Below are positions 46,586 to 58,020 of a DNA stretch of 64,000 nucleotides, one piece after another; the stretch's first letter is position 1, and each line of letters begins with the position of its first letter. The position numbers and the translations under genes were made by a program. Below the pieces are notes generated by a model. It saw nothing but the letters and a program-made list of their open reading frames with translations. It searched no databases and was not told the DNA's origin. Source of the DNA: Pecten maximus (Eukaryota); assembly GCF_902652985.1 (NCBI RefSeq), contig NC_047030.1, positions 11,842,001-11,906,000 on the forward strand, given 5' to 3'.

Positions 46586-47781
46586 TATCACTGAAAGGAA
46601 TATTGACCATCCATATTCATGTAACCAAGAAATAAAATGTGATCAAATGATGATGTCAACAAGGATGAAAACTTACTGTTAGTCACCTTCATTTTGTATG
46701 TCAAAACACTAAAACAATACAAAATTCTTCACAAGAATTTATCAGATACATGTACATTCTTAAACAAAAACTCTTTCCATACACCATTTACAACGAATCA
46801 TAATTAACATTCTTGCTGAATAATTCAACAACACATGATAATTTTTACACAAAGCAGATGACTATTAATTGTAAAATAAAAATAACGAGACAATTTGGCA
46901 AATTGCAGCCCCCCACCAGTTATATGCCAAGAATACACAGAAGATGAATTCATGTAAGAATGTTTGACAGGTCCTTTGTATTCAATTATAGCATCAATGT
47001 AAATACATTCAGAAACATCACTAATTTCATAAGGCGAAATCAGAGGTTCAATACAATTGAACTCATGCCTTGGAAGTTCCAGTGGCAATTAAAATTTAAT
47101 GCATTATCAAATTTAATAGGAAATTAAACCTTTTTCACAGCATCTTTCATTTCCGTCTTTACATATCACGGTTCCAAAACTTTCAAAAACTAGGACTAGC
47201 TATTGGACACTAAGACTAGATTCATATCTACATAGGTATACAATAATAGATACATGCAGGAAGCAGGACATTATCATATATCTGTGATGATTTCCAGGCA
47301 CAGGGACCATTGGCAATTAGTCTAGTTAACAACAAAATAACAAATTTTAAAATGGAAACAAAATTTAGCCAAGAAAAGCTTCTTTTTTTCTTCTACCAAT
47401 CCTAAATTTTAGCACCAGCCCAAACTTTTTATGGTTACTTTCTTAATCCTACATGATTTCTAAATCTTTATTGGTACCAATTACTAGATAAGTGTAAATT
47501 GCCACTTTTTGATAGCATTATCCACATCCGTGCATTGGAATTGTTAAAACTTTTAATTAAAGATCATTCAATTTCATTATTTCAGTTTTTCACAGGCTTG
47601 GTTTTATCTTCAAGTACATATGTATTACAGGGAATTGCTAGACATTTTAAAACAAATTTCCCTGTGGTTCAGCTAATAACTTTGTTTTAAATAATAAAAA
47701 ATTGGCCCATTGTGAAATAATTCTGCAGTATGGTCAAGCTATAGCAGTGAAATCTATACGTTGTACAAATAGTTCTTATAG

Positions 47782-50700
47782 CTATAAATACTGTTTACGA
47801 GGAGAAACAATGTAGAGACTGTTGCTAACGACTTGTGGCTTAACGTCCATACCACGCTGCATGGACTGGATGTCTCGCTGAATACCACCAAAAACTATCA
47901 GTTCTCCTCGACCTTCAACCATTGAGTAGAATATTGTCTCCTCTGGAGCATTTAAGGAAATGTTTTCATTGATAGGTCGCCATGTGGCCGTCTTGGTCTT
48001 GATGACCTCACTAATGTCTAGAACATGTAAATGCATTGTCACACGATTGTCTCGAGAGTTAGCAGTATTACCTCCCCCTACAGATGATGCATTCCCTTGC
48101 CCCCTGCCAGATGACGATGATTGTCCAATGCGACTCTCTCGCAATTTTTCCTCAAACTTCCTCAGTGCCTCTAACTGTTTTTGTCTATTTTTCATAGCAT
48201 TTGGTCGCACTGAAGGCACCCCAGGCCTTAAGCTACTTGTGCCTCCGCATGCTCCTTCCTCAGATGGAAGGTCATCCCCTACCACACTGCCTGAAAAATG
48301 TCCTTGACCTTGAAGTCTATTGGGTGACAAGTGACCTCCCATTCCTCTAGAGGACTGATTCGGTTGACCTCTTGACCTTGATGACCTTAGCTGTAAATAG
48401 GAGGGATGTTTGAACTCTGGTCTCTGACCTCCCTGACCTCCAGGCATGTTATCCTCACTCTCTGCTCCAGAGCTGTCATCACTGTCGGATACATGCATAG
48501 GTCGGGCTCTATTGCGATTATCAGAGGGTGCGTCTTGTGAATTATCTCCCCTTGGAGGGACCCACACTCTATTTCCCCTAAAAGTTTGACGCATGGTGGC
48601 CTGATTTTCCCGGATATTTTCCTTGGAGGAGGACTGCAGGGGTTTGCTGGGTTTACTTAGAACCACTATCATATCACCAACCTAAAATAAATATACATAT
48701 TTGTTACAGATATATTCAATTTAAGTTCAGATGGTGTTCATGCACCATCAAATCATACAAGTGTTGTACAGATGTGTTACTACTAAAATATCTTACTTTA
48801 CTTTTGGTATATAATCTTAAACACAGTAGGAACAAGTTTAAACACAGTAGGAACAAGTGTTCTACAGTAATAAGGCCGTACCTTACAGACTAGGGTGTGA
48901 TATTATTCTTTTGCAGTAATAAGGCCGTACCTTACAAGCTGGGTGACACCAAAGTTGAGGAGCTGCATTTTCTGGATGTAATACATGAATCTCTTGCCAT
49001 TGCCAAGGTTCACAGTCAAGGGAGAGAAGCCAGACATCGCTAAAGATCTGAAAATAGCAGTACAAACAGAATAATTGTTCATCACTTATAATTTCGACCT
49101 ACTAAGGAGTATATTTGATTTCTGTTACAATTGTATGTACATTTTGTAAAATTTCAACATGCCAGACTGTCTTTGTATTTTCAGGTATACTTTTGATCAT
49201 CACTGACTATTTCTTCAATAAAATGAATTGACAATACATTTGGTTGGAATATTTTCTAGGCTTCGGTGTGTAATCTACATAATTTAAACTTGATATGAAA
49301 TAGTATCAACAGCCGCCTGCCAGCTGATTTTAATATTATGGTTTCCATGGTTACATATCGGAGAAGTTGCTACATGTGTTGTTTATTACATATTGAGTAT
49401 ATAATTTAGTACCTGATTAGGTCCACCACATCCCCCGATGATCAGAATATGTGAGTCATCTATGGTCATCTGTAAACAGATAAATCACAACAACAAAAAA
49501 ATTTTTTTTTTAAAATGCTTAGTAATATATGATGTGCCAGTAATGTTTTCATGTATATTTAACTTATTTTGTTGAGTTAATCACACCATGAACAACCAGG
49601 GTTAATTTTAGGTGGTGTCTCCTTGTAGCTGCTGGTGGCTACCTCAGATTCACTGAACAACATATGGGAGACCTGTTGCATGCCATACAGTGCAATTAGG
49701 GTAAACTGCATTGTCCAAGGACACAACCACATCAGCAAAGACTGGTCCGTTTCTCAGCTTCTCGAGAAACGCAGATCGCCATTGGTAGGGAAGTGTTGAA
49801 CCACGTACCGCAGATCTTCACCTGAGGTTGAGTGGCCTATGCTCTAACAGAAATATCACAAACCCCATTATTTTGAAAGGGCATAAATTGTTAATTCATT
49901 ACCATATATTTTCTCAAAATCACTTCAATTAACCAGTAGAACCAAAATTATACCTAAATTCAATTTTAATTGTAATATTTTGTTATTTGATAAATCATTA
50001 CCTGGCTGATTTTCATTTGTCACAGTCAAAATGTTGGACCTGTTGAATCATAGTTGTGGGTTTATGAAATAATGATGGTCCGAGGGATTTTATGTTGCTA
50101 TAATAAGACAGGTTTAAATTAAAGAAGACCTATGTTAGCATCTGCAGATCAATTGGGATTTGTGCCTAAAATTTGAATAATTAACAAACTGGTTTATCTG
50201 CATAAATGAACAGGCCACTTGATTCACAACTTTATACCTGTGTTTGGCCATATCTTGGGCTAGGTTTCTTATTTCCAATTTGCTTCTTTTTCCACAGCAT
50301 TTCAATGAAATCAAACACCCAAACATCATTGGTTCTACAAAGTTAAAACAGTTACAATATAGAATAAAGTATTTTTTGTCCATAAGTCAATCAAAACCTT
50401 TACCTTCCAGTACATATTATTGAAATTGTTAAAGGCTCCAGACCTCGATATTGTCTAGTATAATATACTGTACTTCAAAAGTGACAAAATGACAACCAAA
50501 TTTTGTCAGAGTTATTCTATATAGTCGAAAAATAAAAGTAACATGGCGAGATTAATTCTGATGTACTGGAAGAGAAAACATGAAAAATAACATTAGGTTG
50601 CATTTGGAGAACAAAGATGACTTTTATAATTCAGGAAATATAAGTAATATAGATAAAATTGTATACCCAGCTCCTGGAATATGTGAGCCTCCAAACACGA

Positions 50701-53700
50701 CCATGGTGTCCCCGACTACAGAGGCTGAGTGACCAGCTGTTGGCTTAGGACTTGTTGGGGACATGGTGGTGATGTGAAACCACCTGTTTGTCTCTGGTTT
50801 GTACATGTGTAGCTCAGAGAAAAACCGGGCAGCCTGGAGAGTAAAGGGACACTTTCAACAACACATTACACCATTACGATTATCTTCAAAATTAATTTGT
50901 TGCATTTATGTATGATCTATAAATTACCTATGATGGTGACCCTAGGACCTCATTATGACATCTTTAGATAAATGTATACTATAATAAGGATATAAATGTG
51001 ATGAAATTTGACACTGGAATGTTACATGTTTCTAGACGGCAGTGCTCCGTCAGCCTTGTCTACTCAAGCTCCAAAAACAGACAATATTGGAAGAAAAATG
51101 CTAGATGACAGAATTGTGGGAAGCATAGACTTCATGCATAGAATAGGGGTGATTTGATTTCCCTCATGTACAGATTTTTTTTTTTTGGGGGGGGGGGGGG
51201 GGGGGTGGGTCGAATATATCCCATGGCATCAGGATTTGAGATACTCAGCAATCGAAAATGGGAATATTCGAGGTGGTGGGGGTGGAGGGTTGATACAGTA
51301 ACCATGCAGAGAATGGGCCAGGGTTGTATGTCCATTATTCAGAGAATATTTGGGGAGGGGTTTTAAGTACGAGATCAGGAGTCATAAGAAACAAAGACTA
51401 TTGGGGATAGTGGTACAGACCTGATGCAGGGGATAAGGAGTAGGATGGCTCCAGCCACCAAAAAGGACTAGGCTGTCTTTGTAGACTGTCATGCTGGAAC
51501 ATGCCTTTGGTGATGGATATGTTCCTGAAATATCGAGCCTTTTTGTTTATACACATATAATTAATTTTCCATTGTTTGTACACAGAATGCGGCTTTCTGA
51601 TTGGTTGAAAAAAAATGTTCATACCACTATGAAAAAAATTAATCAGAGAATGGTGCGAAAAATGTGACGTCACAATACGACAATTGATGTTGCGTATTGA
51701 TTTGAGAAAAAGAATCCCATATAAAACCAGTAAAATTGCACATAAAACATGTTTTAAATTAGAAAATTATTTTCAAAAATTAATTATAAGCGTGGAGGTC
51801 AATTATTTTTTAGTTTTATAAGGGTATGAAATTTTTTTTTTTTCATACCCCGATGAAACAAAAAAAAATTGACATCAATGCTTAAGTAAATATATAAAGC
51901 ACCTATCTTTATGTTACACATGTATACAATCTACCAAAACATGATACATTATTAATAATATTAATTATTTATTAAAACTTATTTGATATACAAATGGTAT
52001 TAGATACGTATAAGACTAACAAATCCATTTTCAGTCATAGTAGGAATTTTCCTTTGACATATATTCCAATATGTTTTGTGATGTTATTGCATGGTACATG
52101 TTTAATCAAAATGTGAGTGCCTTTAAGTTATAGGTAGATATATTATAAATTTAATCATTGATTATAATACTCTACCGCTATGAGCCATCAGCATGACTGA
52201 AGATGTAACATACGACAATCACATACAAACCTATGGCTAGTGGTCGGACCCACTGTCTTGTTGAAAGGTCAAACCTCCAGAGGTCATTGAAGGTTGTATT
52301 TGTGGAAGTGCAGCCACCGAAGATGTAGGCAGATTTGTCATAGTAGCAAGCACAGTGAGAGTAGCGCTCTGTGATGTTGGAGCCAACCTCAGGCAGGATC
52401 TCTGTCCAGCTGATCTTACTGTCCCACAAACTATGAAGGAAGTCAAGGTAGATTTGATGCAGCACACCTGAAACATACCAATGTAATTATTACAACGTTA
52501 CATTAGAACATTAATTATAATTATGTGTAATTTATATATATAATTACATACACAGATAAAATAATGCTGTCTCCCATGATATAAATTGCCATATTTTTCT
52601 GGACAGGAGTTAAAGCTGTAGATTATAAATGCTACTGAAGGACACATTACATACATGTACATATGTATGTAGAATGAATCTAGTGTGCCTCGGTTGCTGT
52701 GATAGTGACTGCAAACTACCCTGTATGGCTGTGTGTTAGTTATCAATCAGTAGGTTTTGTTTAATCCCTCTCTCAAGATCAAATTTCATTTACATTTGTC
52801 ATAGTTTTATAGCATTGGTTGTTACATGAATAATATCCAATGATGCCTAGAGGATATTGAACAGTTTCCCGTTTAATATAACATATATTTCACGAGTATG
52901 ACAGAATATCGATATTTTCACGAGTGTGAAGCACGAGTGAAAAATATTGAAATATTCTGTCATACGAGTGAAATATATGTTATATTTAACGGAATACCAT
53001 TCAATTTTCTTTTATTGCATTTCATAAACTTAAAAACAAAATCAAAAACATCGTAAAATTGACAGTGTCAAAAAGTGCGGGAATCAGTAATGACATCATC
53101 TCTTTGTGACGTTACTCCACATCAGCTTGACGGCGCCATCTTGAAAGGACTGATCGACGAAATTTAAGCATTTTCTGCTGTTATCGGAGAGTCTGTGCAC
53201 GAATCTGGTCTGAACTACTACTAGTCTGAAAATTTCAGAAATACATCAAAATAACCAATTTATCTATCTCCGCTTCGATTGGAAAATCGACAAGTTTCAA
53301 CGAGGTGAATACAAAGGTCCGCTCTGATTTGTCAAAAACGGAAAACTGTTATTTTCACTGCAAAATCTTATATTTTCACTGCTCATTGCTGCAGTAAAAA
53401 TATAAGTTTTATTAGTTTGATAATTTTCTATATTTCACTGGCAAAAATGCAATAAAGGTTTTTTTTTCACATGTGGGATAACATTTTCTCCAAGAAATTC
53501 AATTATAGTTTGTCTTCATATAATTATATAACCTAGCTAGCAGAAAGGATATTTCAGCAAATTACTAATTGATAGTAATGTACTATCATTATCAGTATCC
53601 ATATATATATATAGCAATACATTATATCCAGAGCTGAGGGATCAGGACCCCTGGTAAGCATCACCCGGTAAGCATAGTGTCTGTGTGAATGGGGGCAGGG

Positions 53701-54492
53701 GTACGGTGTGCTCGATTATGCGTGTGGGTACAATGTCAGAGAGTGAGTGTATGTAAGTCAATTTGATATAATATGTTTATTTTTGTGTAACAGGTCTTTG
53801 TATTGTATTATATTAAAAACTGTTGAGACAGAAGAACCACGACCCTTTAATTTATTAGAAACCCGTTCGACATTATTATAAGCGTCATTATACAATAATA
53901 CATTACATCAAAATAAAACTATGAATGAAAATTAAATAACCTGAGTAAGTTATAATGATGAACCGATTCAGTGAGTACTACAGGGAGAATGTACCGGGAT
54001 ATCTAGATAATGACTCTTCTTTTTATCAATAAATAAATGTATGATTAATGACTCTCATAAAACATTTGAGGTTAAAGGATGTTCCCAACGTTAACGGTCA
54101 ACCTGATTAATATGCAGTAGTGTGTGTACATGGCATTGAAACCTTCACTAAAGGAACCAAGACAAAATACAACTTATGCATCGTTCAATTTACAAAATAT
54201 AACCCTCTTAGTTAACCAAAGTAATGTTTATATGTTCACTTGCCATTTTTTTATAATTTAAAACTAGATAAACGAAAGCCGCAGAATGAGTCATTGATGA
54301 TGTACCTTGAACAAGTCGATGCCATTGGTGGCACACCAGCATCGCCGATTTTAAATCCCGATATGGAGATAAGTATCGAAGTACATATTCTAAAATCTCC
54401 TCTGGTAGATCCCTGATATGAACAGATTGTGAATTCGAATCAACATCCATGTTAAGTCGTTCTATGATGGCTTGTGTCGGTGAAATGTCCAT
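47782..54492 (-). CDS. FBXO42: F-box only protein 42 (F-box + Kelch repeats), ~621 aa, 8 exons
   Basis: Exons (minus): 54492-54306, 52467-52231, 51524-51421, 50833-50667, 50334-50238, 49469-49413, 49047-48931, 48681-47782. F-box [29 protein letters not shown]; [16 protein letters not shown]....FNDLWR; [24 protein letters not shown]; IIGGCGGPN; [13 protein letters not shown]; [16 protein letters not shown]. Confidence 0.95.
48865..48945 (-). repeat. 49-bp-offset duplication of the FBXO42 exon 7 donor
   Basis: Minus strand TGTAAG|GTACGGCCTTATTACTG with GT at 48930 (real) and 48881 (copy). Confidence 0.85.
49570..49865 (-). mobile_element. CORE-SINE-like copy
   Basis: Colinear with the 15250 and 25575 copies, including the tRNA-like head at the right end. 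Confidence 0.7.
52850..53457. mobile_element. Non-autonomous DNA element with a ~125-bp subterminal palindrome
   Basis: Palindrome ~52869-52995 centred on CACGAGTGTGAAGCACGAGTG; further inverted pair TTTATTGCATTT (~53011) / AAATGCAATAAA (~53445). Confidence 0.6.
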
Positions 54493-54865
54493 GCTGTATG
54501 CTCATAATCAAATGTCAGCCGCCATAATGTTTAACCACCGGAAGTGAATATGCCGATATGTCGAAAAATATATATTGAAATAAGAGCGATCTAACTTTAT
54601 CCTAGTAATATATTCAAAGAGTATAATAAATATCATGCATTGCTGCAAAATATCTTGTTTTGTTATTAGCAATTAAAACTAAATATTACAATAACGACAT
54701 ATACTTTTTGGCATGATATCTAATTTATAAAACGGAGATCGGCAAAGGGGAATCAGCTGACGAAACGTCACATGGCATATTATCAATAGTTATAGTTTAT
54801 AAACAGTCTGCATGCATAGTGAGGAATAGAACTTTTTATATTTTGATACCAAAAAAGGTGTAAGT
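54493..54865. promoter_or_regulatory. Bidirectional promoter, FBXO42 / CCDC115
   Basis: YY1-like GCCGCCAT (~54518-54525), CCGGAAGT (54538-54545), CRE-like TGACGAAACGTCA (~54758-54770), candidate UTR donor GTAAGT at ~54860 and acceptor TTTTCCAG at 55700. Confidence 0.6.
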
Positions 54866-55397
54866 ATATTTTCGTATATCATTGCTTCTCAATATCTTTT
54901 TATTTGAAATATTACTGTAATCGAGTTTTCAATATTTCCGGACTTGCAGAGTACTGTAAGTACTGTATACAGTAATGTATGTGTACAGTACATTGTATAC
55001 GTAGAAGTTCTAGTCTGAGATACTCTAATGTCATCGTCAGGTTTGTCTGCTATGGGCTACCAAACAATTATATACTAACGTATGCCATTTCAATATACAG
55101 AATCAAATAGAAAATCCTAATATTGAAGTTGAGTATACATGTACTTGTAGTGTAATTGGCATATAGAATGAGAACAGTGCTCCAACTCCAAGACTTAGGG
55201 ACAATGTCTTTAGCCCCCTCATCTCGATTCAGATGTATATTGCATTAAACAAGTGTCGTATAGTGGACTATACATGACGTCTTAAGTAAAAGAAGTTTAT
55301 ACCCTTTGTACATGAGATCCACATGAATTACATGTTTAAATGTTTCATTTTCCACCATTCTTAATTAAAACCTAGAAATGTATCCAATCCTGTGTAT

Positions 55398-55608
55398 AAG
55401 GGGGCCGCGATGGCTGAGTGGTTAAGGTGTCCCGACATGTTATCACTTGCCCTCCACCTCTGGGTTGTGAGTTCGAAACCTTGTATGTTGGGCGCTAGTT
55501 GCCAGGGTTTTTCTCCGGGTACTCCGGCTTTCCTCTACCTTCAAAACCTGGCACGTCCTTAAATGACCTTGGCTGTTAATAGGACGTTAAACAAAATAAA
55601 CCAAACCA
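55398..55608 (+). mobile_element. tRNA-derived V-SINE-like element with 9-bp TSD
   Basis: A box TGGCTGAGTGG, B box AGTTCGAAACC, V-like GGTTTTTCTCCGGGTACTCCGGCTTTCCTC; TSD CCTGTGTAT at 55389-55397 and 55609-55617. Confidence 0.82.
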
Positions 55609-55715
55609 CCTGTGTATCTCCCATATCTAATTTCAAACGGATCCACATGAAAAAAATGGGCAAAGGAATCTTTCAGGTCTTTATTTGTTTCATTTTCCAG
55701 GTTTGTCTCAGCTGA

Positions 55716-56342
55716 ATGATGGATTCAAGCAAGGAAATTGAGGAGAAATTAGATGGACTTGTCCTGGAGTTCTTCAGTACGCTGGAAGACCTATACAAGG
55801 CTCAGTCATGTCTGAATGAGGAAATGAAAAATGGATTCCTACAAATGTCTCGGGCTCGTTACAACATGGGTGCTAAGGCAATTAGTCAATCACAATATGA
55901 TGAGCACAAAATGGCAGCATCTGTTAAAGTGGTTATTGATGATGACAACAAAGGAGGCAATGCATTTGTCATCAATAATGTGACTAGATCTGTCAAAAGT
56001 GAAATTCCTGAAAAAGACACTGCGGTGGAAACTGTCGGACTAAGAAAACGTAATGTACAAAAATCTGAACAAGATACCGAGGAAAAAGAACCAGCCAATC
56101 AGAAGGACAAAAATCCTGGAGAAACAAATATCAGTGTAGATAAAAAAAGGTTACCTGACCCACTGAACTGGTTTGGCGTACTTGTGCCCCAGAGTTTAAG
56201 ACAAAGCCAAGCTAGTTTTAAACAAGCAGTCGAACAGGCTGTGAACATTGCAAATCTGAAACTAAAAATTGCAGAATTGCGAAAAGATTACATAAATTGT
56301 ATGGGAATAAAGGTAAAGGAAAAACTGAATGAAGATGATTGA
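55716..56342 (+). CDS. CCDC115: Coiled-coil domain-containing protein 115 (V-ATPase assembly factor VMA22), 208 aa, single coding exon
   Basis: LDGLVLEFF..LE, MKNGFLQMSRARYNMG, GLRKR, DPLNWFGVLVPQSLRQSQASFKQAVE...IANL: the hallmark CCDC115/Vma22 motifs. Confidence 0.95.
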   Translation: MMDSSKEIEEKLDGLVLEFFSTLEDLYKAQSCLNEEMKNGFLQMSRARYNMGAKAISQSQYDEHKMAASVKVVIDDDNKGGNAFVINNVTRSVKSEIPEKDTAVETVGLRKRNVQKSEQDTEEKEPANQKDKNPGETNISVDKKRLPDPLNWFGVLVPQSLRQSQASFKQAVEQAVNIANLKLKIAELRKDYINCMGIKVKEKLNEDD

Positions 56343-57408
56343 TAAACAAAACTACTTTCATATACAAGGTACACACATCTTAAATTGTAGACTTATTACA
56401 GGGTAATTATGTGGGAATGAAGTTCAAGGAAAATTGAATGTAGGTTATGATTAATAATCGATGCAAAAATTTTATATAGTATACATAATTAAATTATAGA
56501 CTTGCTGAAAGATTATCTTAATTAATGAATAGAAATTAAGTCGGAGTGAAAATAAATTTTGGTTAGAAATAATCAATAGTAACCAAAAGAGAATGTTTAA
56601 ATGAATGCATTTATATCTAGCAAAATGAACTGTTTAGTGTTGATATGTGTAACTAATTTGTAGTCTAGTATATGACACCAGTTTGTTACTGGTATACATG
56701 TATATGTTGATTTGTTAACTGATTTGTGTATTTGGGACCTATTTAATAAAAAGAAAATCTTGATGTTCCAGTTCAAGATGAAAGAAAAGCCAGTGGCTCC
56801 GAGTTCTAATTATTTCTTTAATTTACCACCATAATTTTCTCTGTCCTGAATCCTGATTTTTAGTGCACCGGTACACTGTACAGTCAAGAGATTTTTGGAA
56901 TGTTTATGAAATTGTTTTTAAGCTCCATGAAAATTTTCCAGATGTCTTTCCATCCATCCTTATCCTGTCGGGAGCATACTTTTTGTACACAGTTGAGCAA
57001 GGGTCATGATAACTTTGGTATGCACATTATTTGATTGAATGCCCACAACCCCCTATTTACAGAGTTATTGCCCTTTGTTAATATTTTGTGTCCAGAGCAT
57101 GACTGTACATGTATTTTGAATTGGTGCTGATGAAACTTAAAGCTGACATGTACATTAAGTATCAGAATGAGTGAAATATTCCCTTACTTTCATAGCTCGG
57201 GCGTAAGTACATTTCAGACCCAAATACATGTAATATGTCAAAACATTCCTTCCTCTTCCAAACTCCATTTTAACATTTTTTACAGACATGTGTCATAAAT
57301 ATAACCTAATAGAAATTCACAGACAGGAAAAGCCCCAAATCAAGTTGTTTTGGGGAGCATTCATCAGTTCCACTGATACTTGTTATTTTAACTTCTATTG
57401 CTTAACTT

Positions 57409-58020
57409 GAACAAGAGGCCCAGGGACCTTAATGATCACCTGAGTTCTGATGTGTCCACATCTCAGCCCTGTGACCTTAAAAGTAGGTCAAGGTCATTTT
57501 TTTAACAAACTTGTTAGCCCCTTGCCCCAGCATGCTTATACTGGCCCAAAATCATGATGCTGGGTCTCTCCACACGCATCTGCTTCTGATTAGTATTTAT
57601 AGAAAAAATATTAGCCACTACTCTCCTACCTTATGCCTGTTGTCTTTCTTGATAATTGAGAAATTGTTTAAAAGATTCGAAGTCATTTGACCCTTGTGGC
57701 TGTGAAAGTAGGTAAAGGTCATTCATTTGAACAAACTTTGTTACCATTCATCCCAACATGCTACACTGGCCCAATACCATGGTCCTATGCCTCTTAGTTA
57801 TTGAGAAGATGTCATTTAAAGATTTTTAGACATTTGACCTGTGACCTTGAGAGTAGGTAAAGGTCATTCATTTTAACAGACTTGGTAGTCCTTCATCCCA
57901 ACGTACTACTGGTCCAATATCATGACTCTGGGCCTCTTGGTTATTGAAAGCCAAAAATGTAGATTGTTTACGATGGACGATGGGTGACACGATCATCCTA
58001 CTGTCACATTTGAGTAGAAT
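57409..58020 (+). mobile_element. Degraded HINE-like element, same family as 23438-24654
   Basis: Starts AACAAGAGGCCCAGGGACC..TCACCTGAG, has three core repeats GTGACCTT.A.AGTAGGT.AAGGTCATT, and ends near GACGATGG. Confidence 0.65.

Noticed and set aside
47960-48307. 115-aa plus-strand ORF and other short antisense ORFs over real exons
   Set aside because: Shadow ORFs of FBXO42, NWD, NOL7-like and CCDC115 coding sequence.
55400-55482. Possible tRNA gene (also at ~6706-6780)
   Set aside because: A and B boxes are present but continue into a SINE body and tail; the 55.4-kb copy has a TSD, and I see no convincing cloverleaf.
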